Assembly: GCA_011364985.1 (NCBI GenBank)
Contig: RDOC01000009.1
Span: forward strand, 1-32,307
DNA from: Candidatus Thorarchaeota archaeon
GTDB taxonomy: Archaea > Asgardarchaeota > Thorarchaeia > Thorarchaeales > Thorarchaeaceae
Length of the DNA: 32,307 bases
Reading direction: 5' to 3'
Shown: positions 9,523 to 18,227 of the stretch, piece after piece
Numbering within the stretch: the stretch's first letter is position 1
Layout: every line of letters begins with the position of its first letter
The notes under the pieces: model-generated
What the model was told of the DNA's origin: nothing
Database searches by the model: none
The model's input: the letters and a program-made list of their open reading frames with translations, nothing else
Made by a program: the position numbers and the translations under genes

Positions 9523-10854
9523 ATGAGCAGAAAATCCGGTAGGACTCCGAGCTTCAAAGCACTCAGAGAGAGCTACAATGACATTTCCCCTCCCAGTCCC
9601 AATCATGTCCTCATTGTTAGCTCCCCCATACCCAGTGCAACCTTATCCAGCGCTCTCCTTTGTAAGTGGTTTCTTAAGTCAGGCATTCTTTTCCATCTGA
9701 CTTTCTCCGAACCTATCATGAACATCGACACCATCAATGAATTGCGCAAAGCGTATGAAGATTCGGCAATGATTGTGGTCGGAATAGATATTATTGGCGA
9801 CAAGCGGCTCAGAAAGGGATCCAGCTATCCCCTCTTTCTAGGGAGCCAGTCTGAGTGCTCCCAAATTGAAGAACGAACCATAGGAAACAGGACGAACATT
9901 GCAGCTGCTTCTTATGCGTATACCATGGGCAATAACGAGACAGCTGATCCCAAATTGCTTCAACTCGCGGCTGCCGGCGCGATAGTAGATGATTTTCCCA
10001 ATCTCGTCTTGAAGGGAGCCTCGAAACAGGTTGTTGGTATGGCTGAAAAGGAGAAATTGATTGAAGAATCAAAGGGATTCAGACTATTCGGTGTCAACTT
10101 CCTTCAGCTGAAGGAAGTACTCACCTATAGCATCAGACCATACTTACAGAACTTAAGCGGCGTCCTAGATGCCTGTGATAGGATTTGCATTGACGCTGAT
10201 ATTCCCTTCTCTAAGTTTAGTATGCCTCTAAACGCACTAAGTTCGTTAGAAGCTACTAGATTCAATGAGCGTCTCTTGCCACTCATTGATCCGCGGACGA
10301 TCCCCTATGTCTTAGGGCAGGACTACGTTCTGACTCAGGAGAAAGAAGATAGTCTTGCCAGGCTTTTGTCGGGCATAAAGACACTAGCCGAGTTTGGTTG
10401 GACTGTGGGCGAATGGGGAACCTTGACTGCAATTTGGATGGGAAACAGAGAAGGAAGTCTGAGAGGAAGGGTACTTGATGCATACAAGCTCTATTCGTTA
10501 GATGTGATTGCTGGTGTTGAGGAGTGTATTGAAACGCTTCTCAAAAGCTCGGAGTCATTGACAAAGGGCAAGACAACAAGAATCTCCACCAAGGCCATTA
10601 GAAGAGAGACGCTCGCTGACGTTGGAAGGATACTCATTGAATCAGGACAAGTGGAAACGCCGTGTGTGGTCCTGAAGATGGAGAACTCTCTTGAGATGAT
10701 ATGGAAAATGAATTCTCGGACACTTCAAGAAGTCATTCCCTTGTTCTGGAAGGTGGGAATTTCTGCTGAGTCGACATCATCCCAGTCAATACGAATTGAA
10801 GCCGCAGATGATACAGGGAATACTGCGATGCAGATTATCGAGGAGATATGGTAG
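9523..10854 (+). CDS. RecJ/DHH-superfamily protein (rps15-linked), apparently lacking catalytic motifs
   Basis: Occupies the conserved archaeal position between rps15 and pcc1. LAAAGAIVD and LTYSIRPYLQNLSG resemble this family, but the DADG and DHH motifs are not recognisable. Confidence 0.7.
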   Translation: MSRKSGRTPSFKALRESYNDISPPSPNHVLIVSSPIPSATLSSALLCKWFLKSGILFHLTFSEPIMNIDTINELRKAYEDSAMIVVGIDIIGDKRLRKGSSYPLFLGSQSECSQIEERTIGNRTNIAAASYAYTMGNNETADPKLLQLAAAGAIVDDFPNLVLKGASKQVVGMAEKEKLIEESKGFRLFGVNFLQLKEVLTYSIRPYLQNLSGVLDACDRICIDADIPFSKFSMPLNALSSLEATRFNERLLPLIDPRTIPYVLGQDYVLTQEKEDSLARLLSGIKTLAEFGWTVGEWGTLTAIWMGNREGSLRGRVLDAYKLYSLDVIAGVEECIETLLKSSESLTKGKTTRISTKAIRRETLADVGRILIESGQVETPCVVLKMENSLEMIWKMNSRTLQEVIPLFWKVGISAESTSSQSIRIEAADDTGNTAMQIIEEIW

Positions 10855-10863
10855 GGAAGTAGA

Positions 10864-11103
10864 TTGCTTAAAGCAAGTATTGGAATTCGGTTTGCATCGG
10901 CATCTCAGGCGAGGGAGATCTTTGAAGCTGTAGTACCTGATAATCAAGAACTCCCACTGGGCCTAAGCATTGATTCGAATCTAGATGAGAACAAGATTAC
11001 CTTCGAAATAAGGTCGAATCGAGGAATCGATAGCTTGGCGGCAACGCTTGAAGACCTGATGAGTGCCATTGACCTCTCTGTTCGCACCATAGAATCCATT
11101 TAG
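10864..11103 (+). CDS. pcc1: KEOPS subunit Pcc1
   Basis: 79 aa with the IRF.S...A..I..AV.PD...SLAATLEDLM pattern; conserved synteny. Confidence 0.85.
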   Translation: MLKASIGIRFASASQAREIFEAVVPDNQELPLGLSIDSNLDENKITFEIRSNRGIDSLAATLEDLMSAIDLSVRTIESI

Positions 11104-11115
11104 GAACTAGCATGA

Positions 11116-12579
11116 CTAGTTGGACTCAATGCCATTGCCCTTGGCGAACTCACTGTATATGAATTCCGCTCGTTTTCTAGCTTGATTTGCCATGTCTTCT
11201 GTAATGAAGCCTCTTTGGACAGCTCGTTTGAGTAGATGTTGGTCGATAATGCGAGTTTCTGCATCAACTGGTGCCTTAATTACATCAATCTCAAGGTCTA
11301 CGTACCTAACTCGTCCAAGACCTGCTCCGTTGCTGGGATACAACTCGACTCCTGTGTTCACATTAATGTAGGTTCCCTTGAATTCATCATCTTTCGAGTA
11401 GTACTTGGTGACAAGAGTCATTGACCCAGGGATAACTTCAGTCATGGCGTAGTCACCCTCATCCCGCGCAAGGTTCATGTCATCTGGAGCGTCTTGGATT
11501 AGTTTGAGTTTCCGACTTGTATGTCTAAACTGCCTACGAATTAGTAGTCCGCGGTTTGTTGTTTCGATGACTCTGCCCTTAGTCAGTAATATTGATCGCC
11601 CATCAAGTTTCACATGTTCAATATTGATGGGGTCGCCCGTGCGTGGCATGTCCATGCTTACTACTTTCTCAAGCTTGGATGTGATGTAGGTGCGTTCTTC
11701 AGGACGGTCTTCAATTATGAGCTCTGCAAGGTCCACAAGAGAAGCGTAACCTGCGCTCTTGTGGAAGTGATGACGATCTACCGTTGGTTTGATTTTAGCC
11801 CTAGTCTTATCCAAGGCCTCCTTCACTTCCGCAGGAAACTCTATGTCGGCATTGCTAGTTCCTTCGAAAAGCAGTCTAGAAGGCTCTGGTCCGTCGTAAT
11901 TTGCATAAATCTGTTGAGCAGTATCAAGCAAATCTTCTACTTCATCTCGCAGCTCTTCGTCAGTTAGGTTTCTGGCTGCAGTTCGCCATAGAACACCCCA
12001 ATCCTCCGAATGGGTTCGTATCTTTCGTCCCAAATCCATTAGATTCTGACGCAGCTCAAGATCTTTGATCTTTGTGCTTAGTCGAACAACAGGCTCCGGA
12101 AGAAGAACGACGGCTCGTCCAGGGATAGTAATGCTGGATGAAAGCACAGGGGCCTTTCTCCCGTAATCGTGAGCTCGGACTTGAACCATGATGCTGATGC
12201 CTCGCTTCAATCGCCGATCCGGCAGAAGCCCCGTTATACTCCCGAGGTCCACCTTGGTGTGGCCAGTCTTTTCGTCTCTTCCCAGAACAACTCCTTTGTA
12301 GATTGAGCTTTTTGCCACACGGGGTGTGCGTGTGATTACCCACCCAAGCCTCTTTCTAAGAACCTCGGTCAGACGAGTCAGGACTGACTCGTAAGCAATG
12401 GCAACAATTCCCTGAAGGTCACTCCGGTCCCAAATGTCAACATCGGGAATTTCAGTTCTAAAAGGAAGCCCAAATCTTCTTGCCACTTCGGGAGTTGGTT
12501 GCACAACATCAAAATGGTTCTGCAACATTATCTGAGTCAACGATTGAGAGTATATTCCTCGTATTCTTGCCTTGATCAT
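11116..12579 (-). CDS. fau-1: FAU-1 family RNA-binding protein/ribonuclease (RNase E/G-like region + DUF402)
   Basis: N-terminal RIRGIYS, WGVLWRTAA, IEHVKLDG and C-terminal DUF402 motifs YINVNT and YVDLEIDV. Confidence 0.9.
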   Translation of the reverse strand: MIKARIRGIYSQSLTQIMLQNHFDVVQPTPEVARRFGLPFRTEIPDVDIWDRSDLQGIVAIAYESVLTRLTEVLRKRLGWVITRTPRVAKSSIYKGVVLGRDEKTGHTKVDLGSITGLLPDRRLKRGISIMVQVRAHDYGRKAPVLSSSITIPGRAVVLLPEPVVRLSTKIKDLELRQNLMDLGRKIRTHSEDWGVLWRTAARNLTDEELRDEVEDLLDTAQQIYANYDGPEPSRLLFEGTSNADIEFPAEVKEALDKTRAKIKPTVDRHHFHKSAGYASLVDLAELIIEDRPEERTYITSKLEKVVSMDMPRTGDPINIEHVKLDGRSILLTKGRVIETTNRGLLIRRQFRHTSRKLKLIQDAPDDMNLARDEGDYAMTEVIPGSMTLVTKYYSKDDEFKGTYINVNTGVELYPSNGAGLGRVRYVDLEIDVIKAPVDAETRIIDQHLLKRAVQRGFITEDMANQARKRAEFIYSEFAKGNGIESN

Positions 12580-12606
12580 CTGTGAACACTGGCCGATTCT
12601 TGGACA

Positions 12607-12635
12607 CCATCAAATGCCGCCAAGGCGGCTGATGG
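12607..12635. other. GC-rich stem-loop in the UPF0147-FAU-1 intergenic region
   Basis: CCATCA-AAT-GCCGCC-AA-GGCGGC-TGATGG inverted repeat. Confidence 0.6.
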
Positions 12636-12660
12636 CTTGGGTCGTACCCCACGTAGGAAA

Positions 12661-12927
12661 TCATGCGTCGCGGATTGGCTCCAGAACACTCAGGACGCGC
12701 CAAATCCTAGTTCTTGCGTAGTTAGGACAGTTCGGGTCTTGATTAGGCTCGTCCAAGATTGCTATTGCATTCTGAGCCCGCGCGGCTGGAGAGTCGCTCT
12801 CCTTCTCGAGTGCCGCAATGGCCTCATTAGCCGCCCGGCGTATATTACGGGGGACGGAGTTGTTCTCAGATATCTGCTTGAGAAGATGTTTGCTAAGGTC
12901 GATGCTCTTCTGTGTCTCGGGGTCCAT
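12661..12927 (-). CDS. UPF0147 family protein
   Basis: SVPRNIRRAA, AIAILDE and DPNCPNYARTRIW motifs. Confidence 0.93.
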   Translation of the reverse strand: MDPETQKSIDLSKHLLKQISENNSVPRNIRRAANEAIAALEKESDSPAARAQNAIAILDEPNQDPNCPNYARTRIWRVLSVLEPIRDA

Positions 12928-13120
12928 TGGGACTCACCTCAAATTGTCTCTACGCACGGATGGAGTGCGAACAACAAATGAGTGGTGCCTAGTTTTGCCA
13001 TATCAACGTTTTGGCACAGCTAAATAGACTCCAGACGACTGCTAGAGCCTAAAGAACGAAGTGGAATGCATGTCGGCATCTCTTTATACAAAATGTGGAG
13101 AAGGTCTTTTCGTGCTTATC

Positions 13121-13480
13121 ATGGTCGAAGGAAAAGAGACTTCTGTCAAGAAGATGGCGGAGTTGCTCAGACGAGGAGCAACCATGCTCGCCCAAGCATG
13201 TCCACAATGTGGGTCACCACTCTTGCAAATGGGCAATGACATCTATTGCGCTACCTGTGATCGACGGATTGTATATGCAAATGATGACGAAGAAGCTGAA
13301 GTCAAGGCAGTAAAGACGATGCTACCTCAGCTAAGGGAAACACTGATTCGAAAACTCGGTTCTATCACTGATGAGATTGAGAAGGAGAACAATATAGAGA
13401 CCCTCACCAAGCTGGCAAACCTGATGGTAATGTTGCTTCAAGCTCTACATAGACTGGAAACCATGAAGGGGCAGAGCTAG
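13121..13480 (+). CDS. UPF0148 / Sjogren's syndrome-scleroderma autoantigen 1 family Zn-finger protein
   Basis: MAELLRRGATMLAQACPQCGSPL...YCATC; start at ATG 13121; divergent from UPF0147. Confidence 0.9.
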   Translation: MVEGKETSVKKMAELLRRGATMLAQACPQCGSPLLQMGNDIYCATCDRRIVYANDDEEAEVKAVKTMLPQLRETLIRKLGSITDEIEKENNIETLTKLANLMVMLLQALHRLETMKGQS

Positions 13481-13527
13481 TAGTCTTCTATGCCATTTAC
13501 TTGAGAACTCATAAGCAAATTAGCATA

Positions 13528-14172
13528 CTACTCCTTCTTGGTAGTCCTTCTGAGTCTGGTTCTGCGAGCCTTGACCTCTTCAGGGCCCTTGAGAACCTTG
13601 CTCTTCCGAATCTCGCATTCTCTTACTGGGATTATCTTCTTCACTTCCTCATGTACTTCGCCAGCAAGATCTCCAAGAATGACCTTTTGAACAAGCTCAT
13701 CGAAGGTATGCTTCTTAGCATGAGTGCGGATAATTCTCTCAATGGTCTTTCGCACTGAGTGTTCTTGGCTTGTCTTGGACCTAGTCGTTGTGAATACTAT
13801 GACCGAGATTCTCATCAAGTAGTCATCTTTCGTCAGGATTGGACCAATCCAGTCTATTCTGGACGTCCCTCTCCGAACAAGACCCCGAAGATAGTCCGAG
13901 CTCCATTCATGTCCATGAAATACTGTGTTGGCCTGTTGACCTGTGATCTCCAGAATCTTGAAGCGTATCTTGACATGAATTTGATCGAAATCGCCTGTTA
14001 AGTCATACAGCGTTGGTTCTACTGTACGGCCTATCAAGGAATCCGGGCTTGCAGCGGGAGTTGCTCCAATCGCCTTGTTGTCAAAGTAATCCGGCGCAAG
14101 GACTTGGTACCAAGTCTTCTCTCGCCACTTGTCTCTTGTTCGAGCCGCTGCTTGTCTACTTCTGGAGGACAT
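13528..14172 (-). CDS. rps3ae: 30S ribosomal protein S3Ae (eS1)
   Basis: RDKWREKTWYQVLAP, GRTVEPTLYDLTGD, DYLRGLVRRGTSRID and EIRKSKVL motifs. Confidence 0.97.
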   Translation of the reverse strand: MSSRSRQAAARTRDKWREKTWYQVLAPDYFDNKAIGATPAASPDSLIGRTVEPTLYDLTGDFDQIHVKIRFKILEITGQQANTVFHGHEWSSDYLRGLVRRGTSRIDWIGPILTKDDYLMRISVIVFTTTRSKTSQEHSVRKTIERIIRTHAKKHTFDELVQKVILGDLAGEVHEEVKKIIPVRECEIRKSKVLKGPEEVKARRTRLRRTTKKE

Positions 14173-14382
14173 CTTGTCATCACACTCGTGGATTCACTTA
14201 CCAGTGAACCAGAGAATTGTAATTTGGTTGCTGGTCTGTGGCCATCAAACCGCGCCGACATTCAACGAGTCGAATAAAAAGATTGTGACATGAACCGTGA
14301 TGAAGGAATTGGAGTTTCCTGTACACAGCTGAGCAAACTAGATATTAGGGTGAGTCTTGGGATTTCAGTGGAGAGATTCAGA

Positions 14383-14517
14383 ATGAAAGAAGTTGCTTGC
14401 CCTCGCTGCGGGTATAAAGAAACTGCTATGGTCAAGAAGGAAATGCTGGGAAATGGTGGTTATCGTAGGCACTTCCGATGCCCCAGATGTAGCAATACTT
14501 GGGAAACAAAGGACTAG
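14383..14517 (+). CDS. 44-aa CPxCG zinc-ribbon microprotein
   Basis: MKEVACPRCG...RRHFRCPRCSNTWETKD has two CPxC motifs; GGAG precedes the ATG at 14383. Confidence 0.75.
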   Translation: MKEVACPRCGYKETAMVKKEMLGNGGYRRHFRCPRCSNTWETKD

Positions 14518-14612
14518 AGCAGTCATTGTGCTGCTATAAGGATTATATCAAGACTGCATTGTTTCTACCAATCAAGCGAAGACTGCCAAGCCAGTCAACT
14601 AGGTGCTATGAT

Positions 14613-14817
14613 TCAATTTCCTGTATGTTTAGAATATCGTATCAAAACCTCGAAAAGAACTCCTAAAAGAATCAAACCGAATATTGGGACATAAAGAAAT
14701 GCTATTGCAGCGAAATTCATGCCCAGTGCTAATAGTCCCACAGATGTGAGTCCAGATATTATCACCAGAAATGCAACAGACTAGTATAAGCCATCTTGGC
14801 CGATTCATCGCTAGCAT
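14613..14817 (-). pseudogene. Frameshifted small membrane protein
   Basis: MLAMNRPRWLIL continues, after a 1-nt shift at about 14781, as SVAFLVIISGLTSVGLLALGMNFAAIAFLYVPIFGLILLGVLFEVLIRYSKHTGN* with two TM-like helices. Confidence 0.4.
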
Positions 14818-15222
14818 GAGTTATGCACTCCATCCATGTATATAACTTGTCTTGAGTCCTTTTCAGGAGTCTTTCTTTGATTTCTTGAGTTTTTGATGCG
14901 AGGATAGAGCAAAATAACGTTGGTGGAGAAGTCTTGCATGCAATCTTGGCTGCGAATAATCAGATACGCAAGATTCGTGTCATTTCATACCTTCACTCGA
15001 TCTAAGAATCTGAACAAATACCAAAGAAGAAGTCAATAGAGCAAGTAGAATCGATATCGGATGAATTTAGATTAGCTGAGGAGAACTCGGAAAGAGCAAT
15101 GAATGAGTGCTTGCGATTGGTGAGAAAAGAGAAACTTATCAAATGATATGAATGAATTTGGAATATCCTTTGTACTAGTGATTATCCACTATGTCTTTTG
15201 TCTCCTGTATAAATGTAGAAAA

Positions 15223-15310
15223 TGGTGCGGAGGGCGAGATTTGAACTCGCGAATCACTACTGAATAGGATCCTAAGTCCTACGCCTTTGACCAGGCTTGG
15301 CAACCTCCGC
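15223..15310 (-). tRNA. tRNA-Leu(TAG), CCA encoded
   Basis: Acceptor stem GCGGAGG/CCTCCGC, anticodon arm TAGGA-CTTAGGA-TCCTA, long variable arm, T-arm GCGAG-TTCAAAT-CTCGC. Confidence 0.97.
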
Positions 15311-15559
15311 ATCGAAGCAACAGAGAACTCCGTCTTGATATAATCGTTTTGTTACCTTCGGCACAAAGGCGCTGCAAGGTCAACTGAGATGTGTAGCTGA
15401 TGGTTTCTGGAGTTACCAATGTGAACTTTCAACCAAATAGTCCAGATTCATGTAGTCAACTTGTAAAGGACATCTTAGAAATTTTAGTAGAAAGAAAAAG
15501 AAAGAGATTGAGCTATTAAGCCGCGGTCTCTTCAAATTTGGGTTGGTCGGTTTCTCCAG

Positions 15560-15925
15560 TTACATCCTTGAAGCGTTCACGGAGTTTTCTGGCCTCTTCG
15601 CCCGTTTTCTTAGTTTTCTCCTTCCAACGAAGTAACCGATAGCTGCACCAAGTCCAAGTCCAGCTCCGACAAATATTGGACCTGTAACACCCCCACAATC
15701 AGGAACTCCGAAGACCACTTCCACAGCCTTACCGAGGTACTGTTCATACACCGAATCAGTTCCCAAATTGATTTGGTCATATGATGTCTGAATAAAGTAT
15801 CCAATGCTATCCCTAAAGACAATACCCTCAACAGTACCAGCCAGCTTCGCAGCGAGTCCGGTCAAACCTCCAACAGCTGCACCAGCAACTGCTCCGACTT
15901 TATCATAAGCATCTTTTATCTTCAT
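15560..15925 (-). CDS. Gly/Ala-rich membrane protein, paralog A (probable frameshift near 15615; restored ORF would end at 15516)
   Basis: GGTGA RBS and two GxxxG-rich hydrophobic segments. The alternate-frame tail KTKKTGEE... aligns with paralog B's KTKRMTQE. Confidence 0.7.
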   Translation of the reverse strand: MKIKDAYDKVGAVAGAAVGGLTGLAAKLAGTVEGIVFRDSIGYFIQTSYDQINLGTDSVYEQYLGKAVEVVFGVPDCGGVTGPIFVGAGLGLGAAIGYFVGRRKLRKRAKRPENSVNASRM

Positions 15926-15936
15926 ACATTTTCACC

Positions 15937-16337
15937 TCAATTCTCAACTGCACCCTCAACCTGACCCTGATCTTCTTCACTAGACTCTACATACGATTCC
16001 TGGGTCATCCTCTTAGTCTTGATTCTTCCAGCAATATAATCGACAACTACACCAAGCCCAGCTGCAATAAACAACGGACCTGCGATGCCCTTGAAGTGAA
16101 GATTTCCGAAAATCACTTCTACAGCCCTACCTACGTACTGCTCATATACGGAATCAGTTTCCAAGAATATATCATTACCTAGGACATCCACATAGTAATC
16201 TATTGTATCATCTCAATCATAGCCATAGATAATACCCTCAACAGCACAAGCTAACTTAGCAACAAGTCCACCTACAACTCTAGCAGCTGCCCCTAGAACC
16301 ACTCCGATTTTGTCATAGGCTCTCTTATTTTCCCCAT
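15937..16337 (-). pseudogene. Gly/Ala-rich membrane protein, paralog B (disrupted)
   Basis: ATG at 16337 gives MGKIR, then a 1-nt frameshift to AYDKIGVVLGAAARVVGGLVAKLACAVEGIIYGYD, an in-frame TGA (16213-16215), then ...TDSVYEQYVGRAVEVIFG. It is collinear with 15560-15925. Confidence 0.8.
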
Positions 16338-16442
16338 ATTGATTCGTCTTTGAGTAGTGGACGCTCTATTCTATTTATCAAGTGTTTACTTACCATTTAT
16401 GATGGATGAATGCGCCCACCCGGTTTCCTCTCTCTTCACGAA

Positions 16443-16476
16443 TGAATCGTGAGCTCGAATCCCTCCCTCCGCACCA
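16443..16476 (+). repeat. Degenerate tRNA-Leu 3'-end fragment (att-like scar)
   Basis: TGAATCGTGAGCTCGAATCCCTCCCTCCGCACCA versus the tRNA-Leu 3' end TGATTCGCGAGTTCAAATCTCGCCCTCCGCACCA: 28/34 identical, last 12 nt exact; no 5' half found. Confidence 0.75.
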
Positions 16477-16517
16477 ACTTCGCTCATTATTCAGTTACTT
16501 GAAAGAAATCCACAGAA

Positions 16518-16954
16518 TCACTTACAATCCTCAATAACACTCATAATCTGCTTTGGTCGCATATTTGTTGTGAGCACCAATGACGTATCTCTTTCTTGGA
16601 TTATTGGGATGTCGCGGTAGTAGAAAATGAACGAGATGGTGTCTATGAGAAGAGCATCTCCTTGACGAAGTGCCTCTGCAAAGACCATCTGAACTTCCGG
16701 CATGTCTCAGAGCTCTTTCGCACCCCTAAGAGTGATGCAGAAGAAGTGGACGACCTCTCTGTTCATGAGGACCCTATGAGTGGGGCAATCGTTCCATCCA
16801 CCTTGTATAACTCGATGCATCTCTCTTGGTTCTCTTTGAGGAATATTATGACCTGGGATTCTCTAGTCTCCTCGCGTGAGGCCGTTGCTAGGGCCACTAG
16901 GGCGTCCTGAATTTGCGAATCGATGTCGTTACTCAAGATGGGCACTTCACTCAA
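16518..16954 (-). pseudogene. Disrupted hypothetical protein
   Basis: ORFs 16763-16954 and 16518-16703 can be joined through one frameshift (about 16770) and one in-frame TGA (VLMNREVVHFFCITLRGAKEL*DMPEVQ). Confidence 0.45.
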
Positions 16955-17103
16955 TTGTGTGTGGGCAATCCCTAATAGGCTGTACCAGAATCAGAAATGT
17001 GGACTAGACAAACCAAAGCATAGGAATTCTCGTTACCGAATTCTGCAGGAAAGAAGAACTAATGCGCTAACGTTATATCGGTATCAATTGAAACCTCATT
17101 AGA

Positions 17104-17204
17104 GCCGAGGTATCCAAGTGGTCACGGAGACGGTCTCGAAGCCTGTTGGCGAGGCAACCGTTACCCTTTGAGGTTCATGAGTTCGAATCTCATCCTCGGC
17201 GCCA
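17104..17204 (+). tRNA. tRNA-Ser(CGA) with 15-nt canonical intron (17141-17155), CCA encoded
   Basis: Acceptor stem GCCGAGG/CCTCGGC, G discriminator, anticodon stem ACGGT/ACCGT, BHB (CTCG/CGAG helix with AA|G and GC|A bulges), long variable arm. Confidence 0.95.
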
Positions 17205-17328
17205 TCTAATTGTCTGGATTATTCACGTAGCCGCTTGGAGACCGTTCATTTTTAGCTGGATAGTGTAACCATGAGTTTCTCATCCTTCCAGGAATGGCAC
17301 TAGAATCTTGAAGATTGATTATATTTCT
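17182..17328 (+). repeat. 147-bp direct repeat, copy 1 (tRNA-Ser 3' end + tnpB 3' end)
   Basis: Ungapped match to 21190-21336 (offset 4008), with 17 mismatches by manual count. Confidence 0.95.
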
Positions 17329-17442
17329 TGCCGCATTGATGTCGGCTTGAAAGTGATTACCACATGCTGAGCAATAGAAGAACTGCTCCAAGCATTTTGA
17401 AAAAACGAAATTTCGTCGGTCCATCCTGAAACCACACTTGGA
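17206..17442 (-). pseudogene. tnpB: C-terminal remnant of a TnpB (IS200/IS605/IS607-type RNA-guided nuclease)
   Basis: SKCGF...FFYCSACGNHFQADINAARNI is the zinc finger plus RuvC-III motif. The upstream part of the ORF does not resemble TnpB. The stop codon is 1 nt from the tRNA CCA. Confidence 0.85.
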
Positions 17443-17659
17443 AATGCATAGACCCGCAGCGAACGGCATACCTGAATCTGCAGCCAGCTTATTCGTGCTA
17501 TTGAAACTCATATCAAGAAGTGGAATTTTGAAGTATCTTATGACGCGTGAAGAGCCAGCAGATCTGCGCAGTCTAGATAATTCTTGTGATATTGCAGCAA
17601 GTAGTCTTCGCAGACAACTGGCCAAGCTTGAACAACTCTCGGTAATTACCCGGAAGTGA
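17438..17659 (+). pseudogene. Winged-helix (ArsR/MarR-like) protein fragment
   Basis: SRSGILKYLMTREEPADLRSLDNSCDIAASSLRRQLAKLEQLSVITRK fits a wHTH pattern; it ends at the wing and has no convincing start. Confidence 0.45.
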
Positions 17660-18227
17660 ACCCTAGGGTCGATCCGCATTCAGATGGACAGTGATCTGAG
17701 AGGAATATTGGCAGACCGTACTTGAGATTTAGATCCGATAAGACTTCCTCTGAATCTAGTACTTCTTCTTGTTCAATCAGTTGTGGATGGATGCTTGTTA
17801 CAGATACTCTTGACTGGGCAGTTCAATGTCGATGTCTTTGAAGATTTTGTTGCCAATTGCAGACGCATAGACCAAGGGAAACAACAACAGCGAACGTTGG
17901 AGAGCTGAGAATGCTTCCACGGCTTATGGTCACCGAGCGCCACTGGTACTGCCTTTGTTTACTCGCCACACTCCGTTTTGTATAGTGCATCAATTCGACT
18001 CCAAATCTGCTTGCGAACTGAATTTCGGGATGTGGGTGGGGTTATCAAGAGCATTACCGCTGCGTGCATCGCCGGAGAGAGTATCTAGGTCTGAAATGGG
18101 AAGATATGAGGCGTCATTAGAATCCCGCTGATTCGTGACGCGCAGGAAGAAGGCTTTTATCAAACCTCTGTGCTTCAGGCTGTAGACTATACAACTTATC
18201 GGGTGTCCGTATAGTTGGAGAGGAGGC

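Noticed and set aside
16213-16709. In-frame TGA codons in two ORFs as Trp or Sec recoding
   Set aside because: TGA is a normal stop in core genes here (kae1, gar1, csl4), both ORFs also contain frameshifts, and no SECIS-like element was seen.
17206-17679. 157-aa ORF as a functional miniature TnpB
   Set aside because: Only the last 78 or so residues are TnpB-like. RuvC-I/II and the WED/REC regions are absent, and the rest is antisense to the wHTH fragment.
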